From an uncultured delta proteobacterium (GTDB taxonomy: Bacteria; Desulfobacterota; Desulfobacteria; Desulfobacterales; JAFDCJ01): a stretch of 64,000 nucleotides of DNA. Position numbers and translations under genes: made by a program. This document shows, one piece after another, positions 30,170-40,773 of the stretch. The number at the start of each line of letters is the position of its first letter. Positions within the stretch are counted from its first letter, which is position 1. Under the pieces are notes generated by a model that saw nothing but the letters and a program-made list of their open reading frames with translations, made no database searches and had not been told where the DNA came from. The stretch covers positions 1 through 64,000 of the forward strand of contig CAVYNY010000013.1 of assembly GCA_963769935.1 (NCBI GenBank). Direction: 5' to 3'.

Positions 30170-31985
30170 ATGGATGCTACACCTGCCGCTAGTGATCTGC
30201 CGTTGCGCATTGCAAATTTCTCAACGCTAGCAGAAGCGCTCGATTACGCAGCCCGCGGAAAAACCGGCTATAATTTTTATACCGGCGGCGTCAAATTATA
30301 TGCCAGTCTGCCCTACAGGCAACTTAGAGAAGATGCCCAGGCACTGGCCCGTCGTCTCATTGATCTCGGGACAAGCCGCGGAGCGCGGGTCGCTATCGTG
30401 GCAGATACCCATCCGGATTTCATGCGCTTTTTTTTCGCCTGCCAGTATGCCGGTTTAGTTCCCGTACCGCTGCCGGCCTCAGTTCATCTGGGCGGACGGC
30501 AGGCATACGTTTCGCAGTTGGAAAGACTGCTTTCAATCTGCCAGGCAGAAATAGCCATGGCACCCGAGGGCTATCTCCCCTATTTGACGGAAGCCGCCCG
30601 AGAATTGAACCTGCGATTCCTGGGCAGTCCCCAGGATTTTTACGATCTGCCGATAACCGGCACCCGTCTGCGACCCTCGGAGCCAAACGACATCGCCTAT
30701 CTGCAGTATACTTCGGGCAGCACCCGTTTTCCAAGAGGGGTTATGATTACGCAGAAGGCGGTGCTCAGCAACCTGCTTGCCATCCTTAAATATGGAATCC
30801 AAGTTCGATTGGATGATCGGGGGGTATCCTGGCTTCCCTATTATCATGATATGGGCCTGGTCGGTCTTGTGCTGGCCCCCATGGCGGCTCAATTATCCGT
30901 GGATTATCTGAGTACGCGCGATTTTGCGATGCGGCCGCGACTGTGGCTGACGCTGATGTCACAAAACCAGGCAACGCTGTCTTTCAGCCCGCCGTTCGGA
31001 TACGAGTTAGCCGCTAGACGCATACGGGAGGAGGAGACCCATAATTTTGACCTCAGCAAATGGCGGATTGCCGGTGTCGGTGCCGAGCCGATACGGACCG
31101 AACCCCTTGAAAGGTTTGCCGATCTATTGGCACCCACCGGGTTTGACCGGCGTTCATTCGTGCCGTGTTACGGGATGGCGGAGTGTTCCCTGGCGGTAAG
31201 CTTTGCGCCGCTGGGACAGGGGGCTGACCTGGACAAGGTGGACATAACCGCGCTGGCTGAAGAACAAAAGGCCGTGCCGCTGCATCCCAGCCAAATCGGT
31301 GAAGCCGGGCGTTCAACTAGTTTTACCAACTGCGGCGCGCCGTTGCCGGGATTTGAAGTTGAGGTCAGAGATACTCACGGACATGTGCTGCCGGAGCGGC
31401 ATTGCGGCACTCTCTATGTTCGAGGACCCAGTATCATGTCCGGCTACTTTGGAGATCTCAAATCCACCCGGGAGGTTTTGTCTCCCGATGGTTGGTTAAA
31501 TACAGGAGACCTGGCGTATCGCGTTGGAAACGGCATCGTTATTACAGGGCGTGAAAAGGACCTGATTATCATCAACGGCCGCAATATCTGGCCGCAGGAC
31601 CTGGAATACCTTGCGGAGCAGCAGCCTGAAGTACGCACGGGTGACGCTTCGTCCTTTTCGGTGCCCGATGCCGATGGCAGAGGAAAGGGCCGTTATGATG
31701 GTCCAGTGCCGCGAATCCGATGAAAAGAAGCGCGCCGACTTGCGGGAAAGATTGCGCAGCCTGATCCGAGAGGAATTCGGCATTGATTGCCTAATTGAAT
31801 TGGTACCTCGAAACACCTTACCTAGAACTACATCTGGAAAGCTATCCCGCTCTGGAGCAAGGAAAGAGTATCTGAAACGGGTCGCCGCTGCACAAGCTGA
31901 AGAACCCGGCGAAGATCGTCGCGCCGCAGCGCTCCGTCAGCGGGCCGTTAGCCTGAAATTTATTACCAAGAAGCCATATTCATGA
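30170..31985 (+). CDS. Fatty acyl-AMP ligase/acyl-ACP synthetase with a +1 frameshift near 31679
   Basis: YLQYTSGSTRFPRG, SWLPYYHDMGL, CYGMAE, NTGDL and GREKD in 30170..31723. The C-terminal LPRTTSGKLSR lies in the next frame (31611..31985). Confidence 0.88.
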
Positions 31986-32021
31986 TGAATTACCCACTGA
32001 TCAAACCGGTTCGATTGGTCA

Positions 32022-32972
32022 GTGCAGGACAGGTTTTTGCGAAATTCTGACACGATAGCATTAACGGGTGCAACGGGGTTTATCGGCGCCGCGCTGGCAC
32101 GGCGATTGGCAGGCACCGGCCGCAAAATTCAAGCCCTCATCCGCCCTGCTTCAAGCCATAAGCGCCCGGACGGATTTGCGGTCAGGTGGATCGAGGGTGA
32201 CCTTGAAGACACGGCAAGTCTGCGCCGCCTGGTTGAAGGCGTCGATACGGTGATACACTGCGCCGGCACGGTTCGCGGTGCCACCCGCGAGCAATTCAAC
32301 CGTGTTAATGCAGAGGGATTGTCACGAATGGTGCAGGCGACGGTGAATCAGCACCCGACACCGCGTTTTTTATTGATGTCTTCCCTGGCAGCCCGGGAAC
32401 CGCACCTGTCCGATTATGCCGCCAGCAAAAGACAAGGGGAAAAGGTGCTGGCTGAAAAATCCGACCAACTCTCCTGGACCATTTATCGGCCGTGCGCGGT
32501 ATACGGTCCGGGTGATCGGGAAATGCTGCCGGTCTTTCGGTGGATGGCAAATGGCATTGCTCCGGTACTGGGCGACGGCAGCAGCCGCTTTTCCCTGCTT
32601 TATGTGAAAGATCTGGTGGAAGCGGTCGTCCAATGGTTGGACCGCAATAGTTGCCGGTCGGGCACATATGAGTTGCATGATGGACAGCCGGGAGGCTACT
32701 CATGGCATGATGTGATCGATACCGTCAGACAATTGCGTGCCAAATATATTGTTCGCCTAAAAATACCCTTGGTTCTGGTCAGGCTCGCAGCAGCGTTAAA
32801 TCTTTTTGCCGCCAAAACTTTCGGCTATGCACCCATGCTGACCCCCGGCAAAGTGCGCGAATTGTATCATTCCAACTGGATTTGTGATAATAAAGCGCTC
32901 CAGGCCGCCATCGAATGGTCGCCGCGGACATTGTTGCCGGAGGGATTGCAGCATACATTAAAAAAGGAATAA
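32022..32972 (+). CDS. NAD-dependent reductase, CerR (ceramide reductase)-like
   Basis: TGATGFIG, SSLAAREP.LS.YAASK, VYGPGDRE and PMLTPGKVREL; lies between the ligase and ACP-spt. Confidence 0.78.
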   Translation: MQDRFLRNSDTIALTGATGFIGAALARRLAGTGRKIQALIRPASSHKRPDGFAVRWIEGDLEDTASLRRLVEGVDTVIHCAGTVRGATREQFNRVNAEGLSRMVQATVNQHPTPRFLLMSSLAAREPHLSDYAASKRQGEKVLAEKSDQLSWTIYRPCAVYGPGDREMLPVFRWMANGIAPVLGDGSSRFSLLYVKDLVEAVVQWLDRNSCRSGTYELHDGQPGGYSWHDVIDTVRQLRAKYIVRLKIPLVLVRLAAALNLFAAKTFGYAPMLTPGKVRELYHSNWICDNKALQAAIEWSPRTLLPEGLQHTLKKE

Positions 32973-32979
32973 ACGGCGC

Positions 32980-33228
32980 ATGGATCTTGATAAAAAAATA
33001 ATGGAGAAGTTAACTGAAATATTAAAACCCTTCGTTCCTGAGGGACAGGCAATCGGTGAGGATACGGATCTGGTGGTGGATCTGGGTTTGGATTCGTTGA
33101 AGGTAATGAAAATCCTGGAATCGGTGGAAGACACCTTTGATATTTCGATTCCGCTGAATGTATTGCCGGATGTACGCACGGTAAAAGATTTTGCCTTGCA
33201 AATTCAAGAAATAAATGGGGAAGGATGA
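32980..33228 (+). CDS. Acyl carrier protein, dedicated to Spt
   Basis: DLGLDSL phosphopantetheine motif and VEDTFDISIPLN; its stop overlaps the spt start. Confidence 0.92.
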   Translation: MDLDKKIMEKLTEILKPFVPEGQAIGEDTDLVVDLGLDSLKVMKILESVEDTFDISIPLNVLPDVRTVKDFALQIQEINGEG

Positions 33229-34430
33229 AGATGACCATATTTGATAAATTCGGGCAGTTGGCCGCCGCCCGCAAGGAGTTGGAGCAAACCTGCGATAGTT
33301 TTTTCAATATTGTTATTGAAGAAATCATTTCGGGCACCGAGGCCGTTGTGAACGGTCGCCCCCTGATTCTGGCCGGAAGCAACAACTACCTGGGACTTTC
33401 GTTTGATTCCGGCTGTATTGAAGCCGCCTGTCAGGCCGCCCGCAAGGAGGGCACCGGCACCACCGGCTCAAGGATGGCCAACGGAACTTTTTCAGGCCAC
33501 GTGGCATTGGAAAAGGAACTGGCCGGTTTTTTCAATCGACAAGGCGCCATTGTTTTTTCAACCGGCTACGTCGCCAATCTGGCCATGCTGTCCACCCTGG
33601 TCGGTCCCGGAGAAATCATCCTGCTGGATGCCGATTGTCATGCCAGTATTTATGACGGCTGCCGGTTGGGAGGAGCCGAAATACACCGCTTCCGTCACAA
33701 CGACCCGCAGGATCTGGAAAAACGGCTGAGGCGGCTTGAAAAACGCAACACCAATATCCTGGTCGTTGTCGAAGGTCTCTACAGCATGATGGGTGATCGT
33801 GCACCGCTGGCGGACATTGTCGCCGTCAAGGGTGATCACGGAGCTTATCTGCTGGTGGATGAAGCGCATTCCCTGGGCGTGCTGGGGGCCAACGGACGCG
33901 GACTGGCCGAAGAAGCCGGTGTGGAAGATGGGGTGGATTTTGTGGTCGGCACATTCAGCAAAAGCCTGGGGGCTATCGGCGGTTTTTGCGTCAGCAACCA
34001 TCCCGAGCTCAATCTGGTGCGCTATGCCAGCCGCCCCTATGTTTTCACGGCATCCTCTTCACCTTCTATAATTGCTTCCACCCGCACGGCCCTGCAGATT
34101 CTAAAAACAGGATCTGAACTGCGTCAACGCCTTTGGGAAAATGCCAACCTGCTTTACCGGAAACTGCAGGATTTAAATTTTCAGGTGGGACCTGAGCTGA
34201 GTCCGATTGTGGCGGTCCGGCTGAAGGATAAAGCAGAGGCCTTTGCCCTCTGGAGTGCTTTGCTGGAACACGGGGTATATGTCAATCTGGTTTTGCCGCC
34301 GGCTACTCCCGATGGGGACTCGCTGCTGCGCTGCAGCGTCAGTGCTGCCCACACTCCGGAACAGATGGAGAATATTTGCCGGGCGTTTACGGCCGCCAGG
34401 GAGTTATTGGGAACAGCCCAAACGGTCTGA
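33225..34430 (+). CDS. spt: Serine palmitoyltransferase
   Basis: GTTGSRMANGT, LDADCHASIYDG, DEAHS, GTFSKS (PLP lysine), YVFTAS and PPATP..LLRCS are Sphingomonas/Caulobacter-type Spt motifs. ACP is adjacent. Confidence 0.85.
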   Translation: MKMTIFDKFGQLAAARKELEQTCDSFFNIVIEEIISGTEAVVNGRPLILAGSNNYLGLSFDSGCIEAACQAARKEGTGTTGSRMANGTFSGHVALEKELAGFFNRQGAIVFSTGYVANLAMLSTLVGPGEIILLDADCHASIYDGCRLGGAEIHRFRHNDPQDLEKRLRRLEKRNTNILVVVEGLYSMMGDRAPLADIVAVKGDHGAYLLVDEAHSLGVLGANGRGLAEEAGVEDGVDFVVGTFSKSLGAIGGFCVSNHPELNLVRYASRPYVFTASSSPSIIASTRTALQILKTGSELRQRLWENANLLYRKLQDLNFQVGPELSPIVAVRLKDKAEAFALWSALLEHGVYVNLVLPPATPDGDSLLRCSVSAAHTPEQMENICRAFTAARELLGTAQTV

Positions 34431-34613
34431 TGAGAATAAAAGCCGCCATAAAATTGCACAATTTTAGCGCATTCTTGTCCGCCATTTTTTTAGCGGATTA
34501 GTCATTTTTATCTCGCTGAAAGCGGGATTTGTTCATTTATAACAATAAAACTCAACGACTTACAACGAATTTCCAATACTGCGCTTCTAAGCGCCTAAAC
34601 CTAAAATCCGACT

Positions 34614-36416
34614 ATGCGTTTTTTGATAAAACTGGCGCGAGCCTACCCCCTGCACAGCATCGTAATGGTCATTGCGCTGATGCTGGCGGGCATCCTGGAA
34701 GGTGTCGGCCTTTCCATGCTGCTGCCTATATTGAAGGTTGCATCAGGCGGGCCGCCCGGTATCGCACCACCGGCAGCAGGCAGCACGAATTCTGCCGTCT
34801 CCGCGCTCGAAAAACTGGTGACAGACGGCTTTTCAGCCTTGGGCCTGTCGCCGACGATCGGCGTGCTTTTAGTGATCTTTATCGCCACCATCACAGTAAA
34901 AAGTACGCTGGTATTGCTGGCCAAAAAGCAGGTCGGCTACACAGTCGCACGAGTCGCCACCGACCTGCGCCTCGAAATGCTGAGGGCCTTGCTCGCCAGC
35001 CGCTGGGAATATTTTCTCAAACAACCCCTGGGAAGTCTGGCCAATTCCATGGCGACGGAAGCCGCCAGGTCTTCCAAAGCCTACATGAGCGGCGTCATGA
35101 TGGTTGCCGACTTTATTCAGGCGGCGATCTATGCCGTCATTGCATTGTTGATTTCCTGGAGAGTCACATTTATCGCGCTGGCGGCAGGGCTGATCACGTT
35201 TTATGGCCTGCGCCGTTTTGTTCGCAAAGCACGCCACGCCGGCATCCGCCAGACGGATGTTCTGAAATCCCTGCTGTCCCTGCTTACGGATACTCTGCAG
35301 TCCATAAAACCGCTGAAAGCCATGGCCCGTGAAAATGTATCCGACCTTTTGCTGGAAAAAAAGACCAATCGGCTGAACAAGGCCTTACAAAAGCAGGTAT
35401 TAAACAAAGAGTTTTTAAAAGCATTTCAAGATCAGCTGCTGATGATAATTCTCGCCGCGGGCCTTTACGTGATGTTGGTGTACCTGAAGATGCCGGTTGC
35501 CAGCATCATTCTGCTGGTATTGCTGGTCTCGAAGTTGCTCAAGCAATTCAACAGTGTTCAAACCCTCTATCAGGAGATGGTTATTCTCGAAAGCGCCTAC
35601 TGGTCTATGAAGGAGACCATTGAAACCATGCAGCGTGAACGCGAAGTGCTGACCGGCAGCGCGGTGCCGGAACTAAAACGGGGCATTCGGATAGAGCAGG
35701 TGGATTTTGCCTATGATAACCATCGGGTGCTGGAAAACATATCCCTCGATTTTCAGGCCGGACAGATTACATCTATCGTCGGGCCGTCAGGTTCAGGGAA
35801 AACAACCATCGTCGACCTGATAACCGGCTTGCTGCGGCCTCAAAAAGGCGAGGTGTGGATTGACGGTCAACCGCTGTCACGGATTGATCAGAAAAGCTGG
35901 CGACACATGATCGGCTATGTCCCGCAGGAAACCCTGCTGCTGCACGATACCATCCTGAACAATATTACCCTGGGTGACGCCGGCCTGAGCGAAAAAGATG
36001 CGGAAGGCGCGCTGCGCGCGGCCGGGATTTGGGCGTTTGTCAAAAGCCTGCCCCTGGGAATGCAAAGCATTGTCGGTGAACGCGGCGGCAAGCTGTCCGG
36101 CGGCCAGCGGCAGCGTATTGCCATCGCAAGAGCAATCGTACACAAGCCCCGGCTGCTGATCCTCGACGAGGCAACAAGTTCCCTGGACCCTGCAAGCGAG
36201 GACGCCATATGTGAAACGCTACGGCAGCTTCGGGGACGACTTACCATTTTGACCATTTCGCATCAGCAAGCTTTGAATAAAATAGCGGACCGGTCCTATT
36301 ACGTGCAGGACGGAAAAATTGTAACGATCGATGACCGCTCCGGGGACGGTCTTCCCAATCAAGATGTCGATGAGGAAGGCTTCCCCTCTCCCCGCTTTGT
36401 GGTCAAACCTGCGTGA
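34614..36416 (+). CDS. ABC exporter, fused TMD-NBD (MsbA/PglK-like flippase)
   Basis: N-terminal TM helices, GPSGSGKT, LSGGQRQR and LILDEATS. Confidence 0.9.
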   Translation: MRFLIKLARAYPLHSIVMVIALMLAGILEGVGLSMLLPILKVASGGPPGIAPPAAGSTNSAVSALEKLVTDGFSALGLSPTIGVLLVIFIATITVKSTLVLLAKKQVGYTVARVATDLRLEMLRALLASRWEYFLKQPLGSLANSMATEAARSSKAYMSGVMMVADFIQAAIYAVIALLISWRVTFIALAAGLITFYGLRRFVRKARHAGIRQTDVLKSLLSLLTDTLQSIKPLKAMARENVSDLLLEKKTNRLNKALQKQVLNKEFLKAFQDQLLMIILAAGLYVMLVYLKMPVASIILLVLLVSKLLKQFNSVQTLYQEMVILESAYWSMKETIETMQREREVLTGSAVPELKRGIRIEQVDFAYDNHRVLENISLDFQAGQITSIVGPSGSGKTTIVDLITGLLRPQKGEVWIDGQPLSRIDQKSWRHMIGYVPQETLLLHDTILNNITLGDAGLSEKDAEGALRAAGIWAFVKSLPLGMQSIVGERGGKLSGGQRQRIAIARAIVHKPRLLILDEATSSLDPASEDAICETLRQLRGRLTILTISHQQALNKIADRSYYVQDGKIVTIDDRSGDGLPNQDVDEEGFPSPRFVVKPA

Positions 36417-36991
36417 TCGCTGCAAAACAGGGTCGGGTGAAGCACGAGTTCCCTGAGGAGGAAGGCAGTTTGGTTCAGGCAGAAGACATAAGTGAGATTA
36501 AAGAAACTATCCGTCGTATCCGTCTGGTTGCCTTTGATTTCGACGGTGTGTTTACCGACAATAAGGTGTATGTATTTGAAGACGGCTCCGAAGCCGTACG
36601 ATGCTCGCGCAGCGACGGCATCGGTCTGCAAAAACTTAAACGCGCCGGCATCGAAACCGTCATAATTTCCACCGAAACCAATCCAGTGGTTTCGGCCCGG
36701 GCACGCAAATTAAATATTCGCTGTGTACAGAACTGCCAGGACAAACGCGCAGTCCTGCAGGAAATTGCTTCCGAATTCAAAATTGCATTAGACCAGATTG
36801 CATTTGTCGGCAACGATATAAACGACCTGGCCTGTCTTGAATGCGTCGCGCTGCCCATCGTGGTGCAGGATGCCCACCGGGATGTTCTGGCGACCGCACG
36901 CTATCAAACGAAAAGTGCGGGCGGACACGGCGCGGTAAGGGAGATTTGTGATTTGTTCGAGGCGGTGCTGACAAAGGATATTGAAGATTGA
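36413..36991 (+). CDS. KdsC/KDN-9-phosphate phosphatase-like HAD hydrolase
   Basis: FDFDGVFTD, SDGIG, VGNDINDL and GGHGAVREICD. Confidence 0.88.
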   Translation: MIAAKQGRVKHEFPEEEGSLVQAEDISEIKETIRRIRLVAFDFDGVFTDNKVYVFEDGSEAVRCSRSDGIGLQKLKRAGIETVIISTETNPVVSARARKLNIRCVQNCQDKRAVLQEIASEFKIALDQIAFVGNDINDLACLECVALPIVVQDAHRDVLATARYQTKSAGGHGAVREICDLFEAVLTKDIED

Positions 36992-37112
36992 AAATTGAAT
37001 AATGAATATTTAAGGAATTCTGTCTATTAAAGATTAACCAAATGATCTTATGAATGAAGTTAAAAACGATAGAATTCCACAAATATTCAATTTACAATCT
37101 CCAATTTTCAAT
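36980..37112. repeat. Intergenic palindromic repeat with heptamer arms; other copies at about 39094-39119, 40650-40752 and 54790-54810
   Basis: (ATTGAAN)n-ATTTAAGGAATT left arm and AAATATTCAAT-type inverted right arm. Confidence 0.7.
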
Positions 37113-37200
37113 TGTTATAATTGCTTGAAATATAATCAAATTTAGTTTTGCCTGCAAATGCAGCTAATATTACAACCCAGACCAGTGGGAGGAGGTAAAA

Positions 37201-38277
37201 ATGCGCAAACTTATACTGGACGGCAAAGTCATTCAAGATAACAGTGATTGCTACGTGATCGCCGAGATCGGGCACAATCATCAGGGCAAACTCGAAACCG
37301 CCAAGGAAATGTTCCGGGTAGCCAAGGAATGCGGGGCCGACGCGGTCAAATTGCAGAAAAGAGACAATCGTTCGCTGTTCACCAAAGCCGGCTATGAAAA
37401 GCCTTATGACAATCCCCAAAGCTACGGCGACACCTACGGTGAACATCGGGAGTATTTAGAGTTCGGCTGGATAGAATATAAAGAACTTATGGATTACGCG
37501 AATGAAATCGGAATTACGATGTTTTCCACCGCCTTTGATTTTAACAGCGCCGATTTTTTGGCAAAACTGGATATTCCGATGTACAAGATTGCCTCCGGCG
37601 ATCTGAAAAACATCCCGTTGCTCACCCACATCGCCGGATTTCAAAAACCGATGATTCTCAGCACCGGTGGAGGGACCATGGAGGATGTCAATCGCGCTTA
37701 TGATGTGATTATGCCGATCAATCAGCAACTGTGTATTCTCCAGTGCACGGCCGGCTACCCGGCGGAATTCGATGAACTGAACCTTCGGGTAATTACAACT
37801 TTCCGCGAACGGTTTCCCAGCGCCACCATCGGCCTTTCTTCCCACGACAACGGCATTGCCATGGCGGTAGCGGCTTTTATGCTGGGGGCCAGGGTGATCG
37901 AGAAGCACTTCACCCTCAATCACACCTGGAAAGGCACCGATCATGCGTTTTCCCTGGAGCCCATCGGATTTCGCAAACTGGTCCGGGACCTGAAGAGAAC
38001 CAAGGTTGCGGTGGGCGACGGCATCAAGCGGGTTTATGAAAGCGAGGTAAAGCCGATCACCAAGATGGGCAAAAAATTGGTGGCCGCTCACGATCTTCCG
38101 GCGGGTTATATGATACGGCGGGAAGACCTTGCCATCAAATCACCGGGAGACGGGCTGCAGCCTTACGAGATCGACAAAGTCATCGGACGGGTTACCCGCC
38201 AGGCGATGAAAGCAGACGACGACATCAGTTTTGAAATTTTGAACGGGTCCGAGAGTCTGGCAGAGGCCGCATCTTGA
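37201..38277 (+). CDS. neuB: NeuB-family nonulosonic acid synthase with C-terminal SAF domain
   Basis: VIAEIGHNHQG, AVKLQKR, KIASGD, LSTGG, GLSSHDNG, EKHFTL..GTDHAFSLEP and KSPGDGL. Confidence 0.9.
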   Translation: MRKLILDGKVIQDNSDCYVIAEIGHNHQGKLETAKEMFRVAKECGADAVKLQKRDNRSLFTKAGYEKPYDNPQSYGDTYGEHREYLEFGWIEYKELMDYANEIGITMFSTAFDFNSADFLAKLDIPMYKIASGDLKNIPLLTHIAGFQKPMILSTGGGTMEDVNRAYDVIMPINQQLCILQCTAGYPAEFDELNLRVITTFRERFPSATIGLSSHDNGIAMAVAAFMLGARVIEKHFTLNHTWKGTDHAFSLEPIGFRKLVRDLKRTKVAVGDGIKRVYESEVKPITKMGKKLVAAHDLPAGYMIRREDLAIKSPGDGLQPYEIDKVIGRVTRQAMKADDDISFEILNGSESLAEAAS

Positions 38278-39086
38278 AAAATGTTTTCAGTTTAAAGTCT
38301 GAAATTGCAGTCGTAACGGGCGCCCTGGGCAAGCTGGGACCGGTCTGGATCGAAGCCTTGCTGGATGCCGGGGCATCGGTTTTCGCTCTCGATTTAGCCC
38401 AGGCACCGCTGTCGGAAGAATTCAGCGCCCTGCAATCGCACTATGGCGATACCCGCCTGCAGCTGGATCGCACCGACGTCAGAGATCGCCGGTCGCTGGA
38501 AGCTGCGTGCAAAAATTGTATCGCCGCCATGGGTGTGCCCGGCATCCTGGTAAACAATGCCGGCATTGACCGTCCGCCGGAAAATGCGGCTAGAGGATAT
38601 CGTTTGGAGGATATTCCACTGGAAGAAAACCGGCAGATCTTTGAAGTCAATACTCTCGGGCTTTTTCAGGTAACCCAGGTTTTTGGTGCCCGGATGGTCG
38701 CCGCCGGCCGGGGATCCATCATCAATATCGGATCCCTGTATGCCAGCGTCTCACCGGATGAGCGGTTCTATGATCACATCCCGGGGGACCCGCCTTTCCT
38801 TAAACCGCCGGCCTACGGCGCCTCCAAAGCCGCGGTGGTCAATCTGACACGCTATTTGGCAACGCTTTGGGCGCCATATGGCGTGAGAGTGAATGCGTTG
38901 TCACCCGGGGGCGTGCTGGGCGGCCAGGACGAAGAATTCAAACGCAAATTTTGCGAACGGGTCCCCCTTGGAAGAATGGCCACCACGGAAGATCTTTGCG
39001 GACCTCTGGTATTTTTGGCCTCGCAGGCTTCATCTTACGTCACCGGCACCGAACTTATTGTAGACGGTGGTTTTACGGCCTGGTGA
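38274..39086 (+). CDS. Short-chain dehydrogenase/reductase
   Basis: VTGALGKLG, LVNNAG, YGASK, VRVNALSPGG and VDGGFTAW. Confidence 0.9.
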   Translation: MKNVFSLKSEIAVVTGALGKLGPVWIEALLDAGASVFALDLAQAPLSEEFSALQSHYGDTRLQLDRTDVRDRRSLEAACKNCIAAMGVPGILVNNAGIDRPPENAARGYRLEDIPLEENRQIFEVNTLGLFQVTQVFGARMVAAGRGSIINIGSLYASVSPDERFYDHIPGDPPFLKPPAYGASKAAVVNLTRYLATLWAPYGVRVNALSPGGVLGGQDEEFKRKFCERVPLGRMATTEDLCGPLVFLASQASSYVTGTELIVDGGFTAW

Positions 39087-39173
39087 TTTATGGATTGAAT
39101 ATTGAATATTTGAGGAATGCTGCCACTTTTTTATTTTATAAAAAAATGGAGTTACACATGAAGCGGAGTTACA

Positions 39174-40646
39174 ATGAATTTTAGCAATCTCCCTGACATG
39201 ATTCCCAACTGGATCAACGGTGAAGAGTGTCCTGCAAAATCGGGGGAAACCTTTGACAAGTTATCACCCGCCACCGGCCGCCAGGTGTGCAAAGTCGCAC
39301 GCTCCGGATCGCAGGATGTCCAAAATGCGGTTCGGACCGCAAAGAAGGCCCAGGCGGAATGGTCCGCCTTCACCCCGGTTCAGCGCGGGGATATGCTGCA
39401 TGAAATCGCGCAGGGTTTGCGCAGGCATCAAAAGGAAATGGCGGCCATCGTCGCTTCGGAAACCGGAATGTCTTATAAGGCTGCGCTGGGTGAAACCGGC
39501 GGCGCCATCGCCCAGGGGGAATTTACGGCCGGTGAAGGCCGCCGTTTTTACGGCCGTACCACCACCAGTGCGGTGGCCCACAAATATGCCATGACCATCC
39601 GGCAGCCGCTGGGTGTTGCGGGGCTGATCATCGCCGCCAATACGCCGATTGCCAATGTGGCCTGGAAGGTGTTTCCGGCACTAATTTGCGGCAACGGGGC
39701 CGTATTGAAAGCTGCCGAAGACGCGCCCGCTACCGCCTGGTATTTCGGCAAGATCGCTCATGAAACGGGTCTGCCGCCGGGAATCTTAAATATTATCCAG
39801 GGATACGGCGAAGAAGCCGGTGCGCCCCTGGTTGCCGACCCGGATGTGGACGTCGTCAGTTTTACCGGGTCCACCGCCGTTGGTCGCCGGATCGCATCGA
39901 TTGCCGGTGAGCGTTTGGCCAAGGTGTCCCTCGAGCTGGGCGGCAAGAATCCACTGATTGTCTGTGATGATGCCGACCTGGAAGCAGCCGCCCGATGGGT
40001 GCTTCTTTCGGCCTTCAGCAATGCCGGGCAGCGCTGCGCCTCGGGCAGCCGCATCATTATTTTTGAGGCGGTTTATGAAAAATTTCGCGCTATGCTGGTT
40101 GAACGCACCCAGACGCTTACTGTCGGACCGGGTGATGAAGATGATCTCGGTCCGGTAATCAATCAAAGACAGCTCAATAATATGTTGGCTGCCATTCAGG
40201 CGGCTCGGCAAAAAGGCGCTGTGGTTCTAACCGGCGGAAACCGGCTGACGGATGATACACATGCTGCTGGTTTTTATATGGCACCGACTTTGATTGAAAA
40301 CATTGACCCGCAGGATGATATTTCCACCCGCGAGCTGTTCGGACCCGTCACCTGCCTTTATCGTGTCAGCGACTTTAAGGAGGCAATGCAGCTGGCCAAT
40401 GACTCGCCCTACGGCCTTACCGCCTGTATTCATACCCGCAGCTTCGACCGGGCCATCGCGTTTACCCAAAAGATTCAAGCGGGTGTCGCCGTCGTCAATG
40501 CCGGGACCTACGGCAGCGAACCCCATATGCCGTTCGGCGGGTTGAAGCAATCCGGCAACGGCACGCGGGAACCCGGAACGGAAGCCCTGGATGTCTACTC
40601 CGACTTGAAAAACATCATAATAAATATTGATCCGGAAAAACTATAA
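39174..40646 (+). CDS. Aldehyde dehydrogenase family protein
   Basis: FTGSTAVG, LELGGKNP, NAGQRC, ELFGP and PFGGLKQSG. Confidence 0.92.
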   Translation: MNFSNLPDMIPNWINGEECPAKSGETFDKLSPATGRQVCKVARSGSQDVQNAVRTAKKAQAEWSAFTPVQRGDMLHEIAQGLRRHQKEMAAIVASETGMSYKAALGETGGAIAQGEFTAGEGRRFYGRTTTSAVAHKYAMTIRQPLGVAGLIIAANTPIANVAWKVFPALICGNGAVLKAAEDAPATAWYFGKIAHETGLPPGILNIIQGYGEEAGAPLVADPDVDVVSFTGSTAVGRRIASIAGERLAKVSLELGGKNPLIVCDDADLEAAARWVLLSAFSNAGQRCASGSRIIIFEAVYEKFRAMLVERTQTLTVGPGDEDDLGPVINQRQLNNMLAAIQAARQKGAVVLTGGNRLTDDTHAAGFYMAPTLIENIDPQDDISTRELFGPVTCLYRVSDFKEAMQLANDSPYGLTACIHTRSFDRAIAFTQKIQAGVAVVNAGTYGSEPHMPFGGLKQSGNGTREPGTEALDVYSDLKNIIINIDPEKL

Positions 40647-40773
40647 TGAATTGAAAATTGCAGATTGAATATTTAAGGAATTGTTCCGATATTTATTAAA
40701 AGATGGAGCGAAGCGAACGCCATAAATATTCAATATTCAGTCTTCAATATTCATTCAAATTGGGGAAACACCG

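Noticed and set aside
31660..31725. Programmed ribosomal frameshift in the ligase
   Set aside because: No slippery sequence or obvious stimulator; mutation or sequencing error is simpler.
33225..34430. BioF or Kbl annotation
   Set aside because: No bio or tdh genes nearby; motifs and the ACP/CerR/bCerS context favour Spt. Phylogeny is still needed.
36980..40752. CRISPR array
   Set aside because: Repeats are dispersed between genes and degenerate, with no regular spacers or cas genes.
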